The position numbers were made by a program, and so were the translations under genes. Positions 12,801 through 23,900 of a stretch of DNA of 64,000 nucleotides are shown here, in pieces. Location of the stretch: NCBI RefSeq assembly GCF_000143415.4, contig NW_003314345.1, positions 700,574 to 764,573 on the forward strand. Direction: 5' to 3'. The stretch comes from Selaginella moellendorffii. Lineage: Eukaryota > Plantae > Lycopodiophyta. Within the stretch, counting starts at the first letter, position 1. Every line of letters begins with the position of its first letter. The notes under the pieces are model-generated. The model was not told where the DNA came from. It was given only the letters and a program-made list of their open reading frames with translations, and ran no database searches.

Positions 12801-13159
12801 TGAAGAACATCATATCCTTAAACGCCAGCTCAGAGGATTTCGTGAGTTGCCTCCAACCTCATGGAGGTAAATTATGTTTATTAAAATTTCAATATATGTT
12901 TAATTCTATTTTATAGATCACAATCACCTGGAATTTCTAGAATTAGAGGCTTTGGAAGTCTCCCTGACTATGTAAAAGCCATGGCTCAACATATGCAAGG
13001 TAAACCTTCCCCACAATACCAATATAGGAGGAAGTATAAAAGAAATCAATATGTTGATGATGAGGCAAAAGAAAGTTAATTGCATCCTTACATAAAATGA
13101 AAAGCTTGTTTCTGGGCCAAATGTAAGTATCAAAAGCTTGGAATAACAGCTACTTATAG

Positions 13160-13822
13160 TTGGTCCGATTTTATACAGCATCAGCGTTTCTAGGAGCTTC
13201 TTGAAAGGGATTCCTTTGTTTGGAACTCAAGAACTCATCACCTCATACTCTATTCTCATGTACCTGAGCAGAACAAAGAAAAAAACAAGTGAGAGACAAA
13301 GAGAGATTGGGAGGATTCTGCAAACACACGCCAAACCATTGGGTTGCGGACTTGTAGCGCCGGCCCAGCAAGTCATCGAGGGCGTTTACAAATCATCAAA
13401 CACAAAGTACACATCGACTGGGAAGCAAAATGCTTGGAGCCCAGGTAAATTTTGAGCTCATAAGCTCACGAGCCAATGTATCCCGTAGCATTGGACAATT
13501 GTAAAGTTAGCTCTACAAGGACTTGAACATAAGTGGCTTACTTGGGATCGAATGTTTCTTGGCTCCACAAGTTTCTATATGCTAACAGGTGCTCCAGCAT
13601 GACCATAGAGTTCTTGTTCACAAGGTTGAAGGTTACAGCATCCAGTATGACAGCCACGAACAAGTTCATGAATATGTGACACCCGACCAAGACCTAGAAG
13701 GCAAAGAAGATAATGCCACCCTCTGGATAGCATCGCCGAGTAGTGTTTTACCGTTAGTGCAGGCGGGTACATCAATTGTGGTATCCATCATAAGGCAAGA
13801 CCAGTTATCAAGAGTTGTAACC
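13160..13822 (-). pseudogene. Fragment of a four-domain voltage-gated Ca2+/Na+ channel (last pore loop, S6 and post-S6 region)
   Basis: Manual translation: VTTLDNWSCLMMDTTIDVPAC..GGIIFFAF*VLVGCHIFMNLFVAVILDAVTF..YRNLWSQETFDP / ATGYIG / RIEYEV..GIPFKKLLETL. Has introns, a frameshift and stops. Confidence 0.7.
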
Positions 13823-13849
13823 TGTAAAAGAAAAACAAGCTTCAGAGGT

Positions 13850-14221
13850 GAACTCCTGCTCCGAAATTTGCTGCAATCCAGGTCCTGCCAGGAGTTTCTG
13901 CGCTGCCTTGGTACAAGCTCATATAGCTTGGACATAATGCACCGCTTTAAAGCCTCCTGCTCCCCTTCCAAGCAACATGATCAATTTTCTAGCAGAGAGA
14001 ACAGCGACAGAGGGCCAATCCACATCGGGAGAAGCGGTCCCCGATGTTTCCCACGCGATGATCTTTGGAGGCGGCGGCGCTTCCGCAAGAGCATCGTGCA
14101 TGAAATCCTCATCGCCATCAGTCTGTGCCTCTTGTGGCTGCCTCATCCTGGAGAAGAGCTCTTCTTTGTTGTCGGCGCTGTACCACCCATAGAGCCGAGC
14201 GGTCTCATCTCTCTCTGGCAT
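13850..14221 (-). pseudogene. Unidentified GC-rich coding-like fragment upstream of the channel fragment
   Basis: Overlapping ORFs (MPERDETAR...; EGEQEALKRC...) joined by an apparent frameshift; no motif recognised. Confidence 0.3.
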
Positions 14222-14302
14222 CGCCGCATACAAACATCGGGGCCGTGATGCTGCGTAGAACAAACAGATCGAGCGCACACCTTGGTGCAAGCATCCAAAT
14301 CC

Positions 14303-14376
14303 TGTTACAAGACACACCTCGCCATATAACATTAGGGTTTTTGCTTTGATCCCGATTTGTCTCATGGTATCGGAGC
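14303..14376 (+). mobile_element. LTR-end plus tRNA-iMet primer-binding-site remnant
   Basis: ...tgtctCA directly followed by TGGTATCGGAGC (14365-14376), one mismatch from the canonical TGGTATCAGAGC. Confidence 0.5.
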
Positions 14377-14537
14377 TGGGATAGCGCTAAACAAAGTGGA
14401 GCAAAAAGGGTGTTATATGGTAGTGGTCAAAATGGAAGTCCAACAAGTGTAATATATTTGGACCAAAACCCCCAACTTAAAATGTCTAGAGTGGAAGTGA
14501 AACTCCAAACAAAAGTGCTCAAAGAATGAGCATGAAG

Positions 14538-14637
14538 NNNNNNNNNNNNNNNNNNNNNNNNNNNNNNNNNNNNNNNNNNNNNNNNNNNNNNNNNNNNNNN
14601 NNNNNNNNNNNNNNNNNNNNNNNNNNNNNNNNNNNNN
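14538..14637. other. Assembly gap (100 N)
   Basis: Run of N. Confidence 1.
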
Positions 14638-14639
14638 TC

Positions 14640-16605
14640 CACTTAGTACTTGTCATTGTTCTACGTCCGGTTTGGGTCTAAGCCCAAGGTCTCAACATCA
14701 CTCTATACTTTTGTCCTTTCATTGCTTGGGCTGAATGCTTAAGAGTCATTTTGTGCTTCAGTTCCTTCACTCATTGGCTGCAAGCTTGGGAGTTGGGCTT
14801 CGTCCCTTCGTTTAGTGGCCCAAGGCACTAAAACTCGGGTTCCACTCTGCTGGCCCTGAACATGTGGTATATGGCACATGGCATATGACATGTGGCACAT
14901 AAAAGTTAGGTTCCGCTTTGTGGTTATCCTATAATAAATCACTATAGGATAAAGGGTGAAAATCATATGCTTTACATTTGGTATCAGTGGATGAGTCTTA
15001 GCGAGTACTATCCAATGAGATTGGGCAATTAATCTTGTTGCATATGCAAAGATGAAAATGATGATTTGAGTGGGTATATATCTGGGTGCTATAACTTCAC
15101 ATTTGTTCTTTAGGTATGGATTTTGATTACCTTTTTATATTATATTGTATGATCTTTCGCTTGGGCTCATAGGATGAATGTTAGATGTTCCATTTGCATA
15201 AGTTTGCATTTGGGCTTGTGAGTGATACACATTAGCAACTCAAGGTTATACTTTGAGTTGGCAAGATTAATGTTAGCCTATTGGTGGTTCTATGAGTTAT
15301 TCCATGTTACCGTGGGTAAAGTAAACCTTACTTGGGTTTGCTATGAGTAATAGGCTGGTCCATAGCTATTTAGCATAGCACTAGTGGATCCTTCTTAAGC
15401 ATGATTATAAGTGGATCAATCAAGATTGTAAGGATTAGTCTATTAGTTCAAGTAGTCATTGTTGTACTCTCTCATAAACTCTTCTTGGATTGGACTGAAG
15501 GCAGTGCAAATGCAAACTTAAGATTTAGTTAAGATGAGATCGAAAAGAGGGTCATTAAAGACGAAGGATTAAACATATAAATCATTTTCTCTTTGGAGAG
15601 ATGATTTTGCAACGAAGTGTGATTTCAGTGCTTGTATTCATATTATGCAATCAAAAGTCCCTACTTTGATGCATATTGATTATGATGATTTTATAAGTGG
15701 TGAGTCATGAGATAGATAGCAATGGAGCACTAAACCATTTTGTCTAAGCTTGCTATTGAAGATTTGGGTTACAATGCTCAATTCTTTTTTGGAGAATCTT
15801 GTTATTGCTCCTTAAATAGCTTAGTGTAGGATTAGTTTTGAGTTTGGTCAGAAAAAGAGTGACATGAGCATGTCTATATTGTGAACAAAAGTTAATAGTG
15901 TTAGTTGTTGTAAATTTCTATCGGTGGGGTGTGGCATTTATGTTGCATTTTATCAAATCAAATTGGCACTTGATACTCATGTAAATCTTTATAGTAGTGA
16001 AATAGAAATTTCTTATGGTGTTGTTTAATTAGTGATTAAGTCATTATGATTGTTATATCATATATATGTATCATATCCAACTGTATAATAGGGATAATGG
16101 ATAGGTCAACCAACCTAAGGCATAATCTAGCTCCCGTTTGCATACTTGTCTTTGTTTTATGTTTGGCTTGGGTCTAAGCCCAAGTTCCACACGTGGCTAA
16201 CTAGTGGAGTACCTATACCTTGTGTTAGGCCACCAATATGCTAAAATAACACTAGATTTATTTAGCTCCATTTTGCATGCTAATCTTGGCATTGGGATGC
16301 TGAAAACTCTAAAACTATTCTAACATCATTCCATGCTCCTATCCCTTCGCTCCTTGGGTTAAATGCTCAAGAGTCATTCCATGCTCTAATTCCTTCGCTC
16401 TTTAGATGCAAATTTAGGAGTTGGGCTCCATCCCTTCATTCAATGGCCCAAAGCCCTAAAAATAGGGTTCCACTCTGCTATCCCTAAACATGTGGCATGC
16501 AACACGTGGCATGTGACATGTGGCACATGGAAGGTTAAGTTCTGCTTTGTGGTTATCCTATGGTAAATCACTATAGGATAAAGGGTGAAAACCACATGCC
16601 CTACA
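14640..16605 (+). mobile_element. Old LTR element remnant: diverged direct repeats ~14640-14976 and ~16140-16605, with a PBS after the first
   Basis: Both copies end ...TATAGGATAAAGGGTGAAAA(T/C)CA(T/C)ATGC..TACA. The first is followed by TGGTATCAG (14979-14987). The ~1.1-kb interior has no intact ORF. Confidence 0.7.
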
Positions 16606-17399
16606 AGCATACAAAAGCCCATGAGTAGCAATGTTAATCCCAACATATGGGATTACGATGTGAGCATATTCAGATTGAAGAACTACACTCTAGACCATTG
16701 AATAGGCTCATCCTTAAGAATATTTGCTGAAGCATGGTAGAAAGTGCAAAACTATTCTTTTAGTATAGAGAAGAATAACCAAAAAGAATATATAAGGTCA
16801 AAAGTAAGTGGTAAATGGATAAAATTGGAATCAAAGAGCATAACCAAGGGTGGTTATACAAATTATGAGTGAATAATCAAATGAGTGTTTGAAAATGTTG
16901 TTACTGACAATTGTGGTGCTATAGAGAGTCTAAAGTATGAAATTGCCCATGTTAAAGTATATGCCAATTAAAAATATTGTGAAAGGAAAAGCCTTAGCAA
17001 ACTAAAAGATAGAGTCTCTTTAATGTTCCCAAAGACAATTTTGGGTAAGTTAGTACTTAGAAAGACAAGTATAAATAGTTCATAAGAATGTGCAAAATCA
17101 AAGTGGCACAACAAAAGTGTGGCCTTGAAGCTTGTTATAAGATGAGTCTATCAAGGTTAGGGAAGTAGTTCTCGAGTGTTCAAAGAGATAATTTTGAATG
17201 AAAGTCAATGGTTGAGGATTTCCATGCTTATGCATAAAACCATGTTATACTAATCAGGCAACTTGCTAAGCGAGATTGACAAGTCAAAGGAACAAAAAAA
17301 ACCCTAGTTAAAGGTGTTGACTTCAAAAGGGGTGGCCCATAGAGCCAAATATAGAGGAGTCTATGCATGATCACAGGCTGATTAACTAATTTGTTATGT

Positions 17400-18100
17400 G
17401 AGAAGACTTAGAAGTTTGGAGGAACTAGGTTTTTAAGCTGTAATCTATAGTAAGCATTAGGTATAATTTGGTGCACTGGCATGGGGAATCACATTAGGCA
17501 TTTTGGGTGATGTTCTTTGTAGATGCATATATGAAAGTTGGATTTGAGTCCCAACCCTTTAATGCTTGGGTTTGAGTCATAACTTACTAGGACATAGTAA
17601 TAGTTTGGAATATGAGAACACTCATTTTTTAGTGGTCATAGACTCTTAGTAAGGAAGCTAACTTAGACACACGGCCAAACAAGGGATGTCCCAAAGCTAT
17701 GATACACAATTAAAGTGCTTAATGTGAAAGTTTAACATATCTAACTTGAACACTTTAGTGTAAGTGGCACCAAGGATATAGTAAATGAGACGGGGATACC
17801 TAATCTCAATTGTTATAGACCCTTGGCTAAAAGGGTTGGCTTGGGCATACCACCAGGTGTGGGGGATGCCCTCAAGGTCGTGGTCAACAAATTAAAGGTT
17901 TGGTAGGCTTAGTATTTATTAGTAAACACATTAAAATATCTATGTGGGAGCACTAGGTGATTCCATAGCTAATAATCAAAGACAAGTTCCTTGATGGGTT
18001 AAGGAATGGTATTTTTAATCCAATGTAGTGATTTGAATAAATGGTATGGTGTGACTTGGTCAAGATGACCAAGTGGGAAGGACATCTAAAGGAAATGATT
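17400..18100 (+). mobile_element. Highly decayed gypsy integrase-like remnant
   Basis: Weak traces QPFNAW (cf. PF..WG.D) and FLVVID (cf. LVAxDYFTKW); riddled with stops. Confidence 0.3.
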
Positions 18101-19499
18101 TGTAACAATGCAATAGTATAGTGAGTTCAAGAAAGTAGTCTCTAAGAAAGACATATGAAAAAGTCCTAAAGTTGAGCCATAGATAAAGCCATAATATAAA
18201 ATGTTAAAGAGATTTACTATGGGTGAACACACTTGCCAAAGCAAGAGTATTTGCTATAGATACTTCAAGGATGGAAGTAGTGATTCTATTGCAACAATCA
18301 AAGGATAGAAACAAAAGTTTAGTGGCCGAGAATGGGTTATAGAAATTATTGGAAGGAATCCAAATGATAATTTAAGTGTGGAACACTCATATGGTGGATG
18401 CTAACAAATTGTGGGAAAACTATTGGCAAAGATAAAAGCTTCAAAAGATGGCAAAATAGCCAAATGATAGAGTAGGTATCCCTAACACAAATTATAAATA
18501 AATAGAACTTAGTGCCTAGGGTGGCATGAAATAAAAAAGATGATGATAATGCCCTTAAGTATAAAACTTCCTAAGATAGGAAAGTGGAGTTTGCACAATA
18601 TCAAAAACACAAATTGATTTGAAAAGTCAATATTAAAATTCCAAAGTATAATGGTTATGTTGATAAAGCTTAAAACTACTTTGGAAACTTTAGTCACTTA
18701 CAAATATCCAAAAAAACTTGCTAATAGGTAACTTTTGATACTTATAATCATATTTGTGACATTGGTTTTATCACTTTATTTAACAGTTTAAAGCCTTGAA
18801 ACTTAGGATTTACTTTGCTGCTTTTAGCACATATGTTCAAAAGTTAAGTTCCATTACATTAAAACCATGTATGCTACTTCTCTCTAGACTCGGGAAATGG
18901 TTTACATTCATGAATTAAGTACAAGGAAGCATAAGCTGGATTTGGGAGTCACTAGCCTATACATTGTGATGGACTTTCTTTTGATTGTATGATTCAATTG
19001 AGCTATTAAGAAATTTCTATAACAGTGACAACCATAAAGACAGCCACAAGGATAACCACTGAAGCTAAACAGATCAGCTTTGCATTGCAAATGCATCAGT
19101 CCTTGGCATTACCTTTGAGCAGTTTGCATGCATCGTGGGGGAGGCATTTGACAACAAGCTACCAGCTGAGGTTTTGGGTTTGCAGGAAACAGAAGGAGGC
19201 TAATTGTTATCAGGTAATTAAGTAAAACACGTTTCATGACACTTAGCAGATTAAATCCATGCCAATTGGAGGCAGACCATTGGCAAATGTACATGATCCA
19301 GTGGTCTAGGATGTTGATTAGGTGAGAAGGATTGGTTCCAGGATTTGAATCTAGAGCTTCCAATGTAGCATGACAAATTGTTGGACAAGCTGAAAGTCCT
19401 GGGCTAGATTTCGGAACCATCTTGGGAGAGGCCCCAAGTCGTCATCTGGATTTTGGTGGCAGAATGGAATTACAGGCAGCTGTCAGGGTTGCGATGGCA

Positions 19500-19735
19500 A
19501 GAATGTGAAAATCTGAATAACCTGGAGTATGATTGAGAGAATGACCACCTGAAGCTTCAAGAGTGGTTGTAGAAATTGAAGCGTTGTGGGTATACTAAGA
19601 ATGTGGACAAGGTGCCATTCACCTCAATCTTTCTCAAAGATCTGGCATTGGAGTGGTTTCATAACTTGGAACCCAGAATCTTTTCAGACTGGGAGCAGTT
19701 CAAAACAATGATCACAAACACATTCACGGTTTAGA
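19500..19735 (+). mobile_element. Retrotransposon gag remnant
   Basis: Translates to ..FLKDLALEWFHNLEPRIFSDWEQFKTMITNTF (Retrotrans_gag signature); stops upstream. Confidence 0.6.
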
Positions 19736-20754
19736 ATTTCCCTTCAACAAACTTTGTGATCTTTGTTATGACTGTCAGCGTCAAACTCTCTAAGCTTTTT
19801 AACTCCTTGTGGTTGCAAGCTCGGTATGAGGTGGTGGGTGTTAGTCAGTGTTATGGAGCAGCATTGCCATCAACCATGGCTGGAGATGTGCTCAAACAAA
19901 GCAGCTATGGTAGCAGACCTTGGCGGGAGAGTACATTTCTGTGGATATGGACTCAATCTCAAACAATGAGGAGATCTTGGCTTGAGAAGCTAGAGGAATG
20001 TCTTCCAGATCAGACTCTTTGGCGGATGATCTCATGTTTGACGTACTTTGGCATGGATTTAATCTGCTAAGTGTTCATGAAACGTTTTTTACTTGAATTG
20101 CCTGTAAAAACTTTGGCCATGCAAAGCTGATCTATTTAAACTTGGTGGTTGTCCCTGATTCGAGCACATGGAAATCTCTACTAACCATGAAAGATCAGTG
20201 ATTTGCTTAAAGCCTAGCATTAGCTCAAGTATGCTTACTCTTTTATCCTCTTTGTAGCCACTTCCCCAGTGGTCTTATGCTTCCAGATGGGGGCAGACAG
20301 ACCCCCAAAACATGTATTATTATTTTTGAGTGCAAGTAGAATCACAGCTATGGAACAAACGAAAGTGGTGGGCTTAACATTTTCTTCTGTTGAGGTTTGG
20401 GCTGAAGTATGTAATAGGATGGTGTGAGTGTCAGAAGTTTCACATGCTAAAATTTGAATGTTCACGGCCACAAAATCTCATTATCATGTTGGACTCTTCT
20501 TATATATATGTATATATGTATCACTAGTGTTGTATTTCCAAGGTATATACCCTAAAAAGGGCACTGGGAGTGACGCGCATTTCCTACTGGGAGAAATCCA
20601 AGAACCTTGGAGTCCGCATCGTTTCCAGTGGCTAGGGCGTCTCTAAAGCTCTCTTCTTTCTGGGTCGGGGCTAGGGTTCTTTTGTTGGATCACGTTGAAT
20701 GCGCCTTCCGGATCCCAGGCACTTATCCACCGAGGGTTAGGGTTGCTCAACGCC

Positions 20755-22986
20755 ATGGGGAGACGAACGAGGCAGATCTTCGAGGCTGCACAGGGTTTCA
20801 CCTTGCCAGTTGCGGAAGACTTCCGGAGCCAACGCGGTATTTGTAGGTGGGTGAATCGATTTGTATTCGGCCAAGATGCCGTCGCCGCGGCCGTGCGGGT
20901 GGGAACTTGGCCCAAGCGACATCGGCTGGCAGAATGTAGTGATAAGGAGGAGTTCATGGCTGTTGTGGAATCCATTGAGGAGAGCGACCAAAGTGACGAT
21001 GACACGACTGACATGAGAGGCGCAGTAGCAGTTGAAAAGGTGGCTGGCCAGGACGCAGCGCGAGCAGCCTTCTTCGAGTATCCTCTTGAGGACGAGGACG
21101 TACTGGAAGAGCTTTGGTCCAAAATCAAGAGGGATTATTGGACCTGGGCGCTCGGCAACGCTTACGTGGCACCGTTGTTTGCTATTGTGCAGAGTAGCGG
21201 CTGGGGTAAGTCAAGGCTGGCTTTTGAGCTCCACCGGAAAGGCTTGTACATCATCTACATTTCGTGCATGAAGGCCAGCCACTCCGGATTTCCCGGCCGG
21301 ACTCCACACTTGGCTGCATGGATTACTCAAGGCAAGCAGCTAACAGTACTGCGGGTGGCTGCGCTTTTGCTCGCCAGCATTGAGGCCCTCGCGGATTATG
21401 TCAAAGGAGGTGGCGATCCTCATGGCTGGATCCTCGACCAGACGGATCCCACCCGTGGCTTTCCTGTAGCGAACGACATAGCAAGTCGACTCCAAGCCTG
21501 TACAAGGCGTCTTGAAGCATCTGCAGCTGCAAAGGCTGCTGCTTTGCCCAGGACGTTTGAAAGACGCACGAGTAGAGAGTCTCACACATACAATGCTGTT
21601 GGGGAAGCATTAAAGACTGCTCTCCGAGACTTGCCTTTGGATGGTATTGCTTTCGATGGTATTGCGCAACGACCGGATCAACGCCTCAAGGTGCTGTTTT
21701 GTTTTGACGAGGCTAGCGAGCTGGCAGAGCTGGAACTGGAGGGTGACATGGATACGGCATTTACACTGCTGAGGCGGGTCCTGGGTAAAGCAGAGTTTGG
21801 TCTGTGGGCTCTAGTGCTTGGTACCAATTCGCGACTATTGGACTTCGTGCCATCCAAGGCGATGGATCCCACCAGAAAGGTGCGGGCTCGAGACTATAAA
21901 CTGTTCAAGCCGTTTTGGCTAACGGCCACTGCTGCTGTGCCTGGGGATCTCTCTTCCGGATCCCCAGAAAGCGTCTTCCGCCTAGGAAGACCCCTGTGGC
22001 GAGCTTTTATGGACAAAGGGTACACTTTCAAGGGCTTACGTTTACTTGCAGTGGACAAGCTCAACTGTTCTGGCAGAGTAACAGATGCAACGGTGATTGC
22101 TGTTCTCGGCTGTACCATCGGCCTGGATGTTGCGTCATGGTCCGAAGCAGCGGAGACGAGTGTGGCTTCTCACATGATGACAGCTTGCTGGATTTCTGAC
22201 GACCGGCGACGGCTTCATGTCTCGAATGCCGCAGAACCTGTTCTTGCGGCGGCCGCAGCAGGGTTTTTGCTTCAAGAGGTGACACTAAACAAAGTCCTCG
22301 GCGAGCTCTCCGAGATGTGCAAGGAAGGAGTGGTAACAGGGGGACCCCGCGGGGAAATTGTCACCAGGTTACTGCTGCTACTGGCGATGCTAGCGTGTCA
22401 CAGGGACGCGGGCGATGCCACGTTCACGGGAGAGATAAAGCTGGGAGCATTCCTGTCAAAACTGCTGGGAAAAGTTCCTCACGGTCTAGCCAGCACAGTG
22501 GACCTTGACGCGGGGCTCAACTTCAACGGCTTCTCGCCAACTTATAGGAACTTGGAGCGCGGCCTGATCAACGAGTGCTTGCAGCACATTCGAGCGCTGA
22601 CGTGCAAGCCTGGACAGGAAGCCGTGGACAACGTTGTCCCGAGCACTGGCGGTCCAATTGGGATTCAGGCAAAGCGCTGGGAAAGCAACAACTCCACAAA
22701 GATGAGGAGAGCGGTTGGAAAGCTCGAGGCTGGTGTTGGTGGAGTGAACTTTATGCTCGGTATCATTTTACAGCTCGGCTCCCCTGAGCATCGTATCGTT
22801 GTTGAAGGTGCTGCTAACCGGACCATAGTCGTGTATGGGCTATCTTCCGAGTTGTTTCCGTTTCTCACCCAGGCCACTGCCGACAAACTGCTAGATGTGT
22901 TGAAAGTCGGGGCTGAATACTTGCTCCACATGACTGATGGGGAGCAGCGCATTGTGAGACGCATGCTTCCGCTGACTTATCTGTAG
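20755..22986 (+). CDS. Intronless Crinkler-related P-loop NTPase + C-terminal PD-(D/E)xK nuclease-like protein (family A)
   Basis: Walker A AIVQSSGWGKSRL, Walker B LFCFDEA, GRPLW, EPVLAAAA, GPRGEIVTRLLLL, and C-terminal CKPGQEAVD...IGIQAKRW. First ATG at 20755. Confidence 0.75.
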   Translation: MGRRTRQIFEAAQGFTLPVAEDFRSQRGICRWVNRFVFGQDAVAAAVRVGTWPKRHRLAECSDKEEFMAVVESIEESDQSDDDTTDMRGAVAVEKVAGQDAARAAFFEYPLEDEDVLEELWSKIKRDYWTWALGNAYVAPLFAIVQSSGWGKSRLAFELHRKGLYIIYISCMKASHSGFPGRTPHLAAWITQGKQLTVLRVAALLLASIEALADYVKGGGDPHGWILDQTDPTRGFPVANDIASRLQACTRRLEASAAAKAAALPRTFERRTSRESHTYNAVGEALKTALRDLPLDGIAFDGIAQRPDQRLKVLFCFDEASELAELELEGDMDTAFTLLRRVLGKAEFGLWALVLGTNSRLLDFVPSKAMDPTRKVRARDYKLFKPFWLTATAAVPGDLSSGSPESVFRLGRPLWRAFMDKGYTFKGLRLLAVDKLNCSGRVTDATVIAVLGCTIGLDVASWSEAAETSVASHMMTACWISDDRRRLHVSNAAEPVLAAAAAGFLLQEVTLNKVLGELSEMCKEGVVTGGPRGEIVTRLLLLLAMLACHRDAGDATFTGEIKLGAFLSKLLGKVPHGLASTVDLDAGLNFNGFSPTYRNLERGLINECLQHIRALTCKPGQEAVDNVVPSTGGPIGIQAKRWESNNSTKMRRAVGKLEAGVGGVNFMLGIILQLGSPEHRIVVEGAANRTIVVYGLSSELFPFLTQATADKLLDVLKVGAEYLLHMTDGEQRIVRRMLPLTYL

Positions 22987-23299
22987 TTTTGTTGGCGGAG
23001 ACGGATTACTCATGGAACACTTTCGTCAATAACAAGTGCAATATATCAGATGAAATGGTTGGATAGCGTCTTCGTGTCCTCCGATTGATTGATTTGTTCC
23101 TTCATTGGGACTAACGGTACGGCACGTACCAATGATCACGTGATTGTCCGGATTCTGGATACAGGTTTATAGTACGGACCGCGTGACGGCGAGCTTGCCC
23201 TCGAGTTCATGGAGGACGCCGAGCCGAGCGACAATGTGAGTCGAGTCCGCATTCTTGGTCTGGGACAGAGATTACCTGAAGTTCGGGGCAGTTTCCTCC

Positions 23300-23900
23300 C
23301 CAATGATCCAATTGGCCAAGGGAATCCACGGCCGGAGACCAGTGCAAATGGCTGCTCGCCAGCGTTGATGCTCTCAGAGATTATCTCAAGCCCTAGCTAG
23401 ATCTTTGCAACAGCACGGAATGCATTGAGACAAGCTTTGAGTCAATTGGCTATCCGGCATGCTACAGGGATCTGTGTGGTGGGACTGCTATACGGCGCTT
23501 GCCTTCAGATGATGTTGCTGGTGATCGCCTCAGGCGGAGTTGTAACCGCATGGTGGCCTTCAGGATTTACGCTGCTGCGAGTTCTTGGAAGAGCAACTTC
23601 TGGTGTGTGGGCTCTGGTGCTTGGTACCAATCCATCTTCGACTATTGCACCACCAATGGAATCGCTGTCGCAAACAGGGACTTGCACTGTGCCTCCCCCA
23701 GTTTGTCGGCCTGATCCGGCCTTCTTTTTCTGCCTTGGAAGACCATTGTGGCGACCTTTGGGAGCAGCGTGAGAAGCTTACGCTGCCTTGCATTTGAACT
23801 GTTATGGCGGTCTAAACAGATGCAAACGTGATCGTGGCCCTGGACGTAGCGTCATGGTCCCGAGCAGCAGAGAATTAGAGTATGGACCACATGATGACAA
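23300..23900 (+). pseudogene. Degenerate tandem paralog fragment of the 20755-22986 gene
   Basis: Collinear matches FTLLRVLG..WALVLGTN, FCLGRPLWR, LDVASWS and HMMT, with deletions. Confidence 0.8.

Larger units (their letters stand above)
8999..13079 (+). pseudogene. Multi-exon ParB/Sulfiredoxin-domain + beta-class N4-cytosine/N6-adenine DNA methyltransferase-like gene (disabled)
   Basis: ATG 8999 MPPR, intron 9011-9461, then KRKIVPHKK (NLS-like) and a poly-Pro tract. ParB/Srx motif FQIIDGNHRYRAW (~10281-10319). Motif IV-like VADFILFDFPNG (~12167-12202). Then YQFPTPSTMQVLLELYCPPDGVVIDCTVGSGSIMEAAHDSGRSMFAIEE (motifs X-I-II, ~12661-12810). In-frame stops at 10095 and elsewhere. Confidence 0.75.

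Noticed and set aside
19756-20070. Possible PPR-like or other gene fragment
   Set aside because: No convincing motif.
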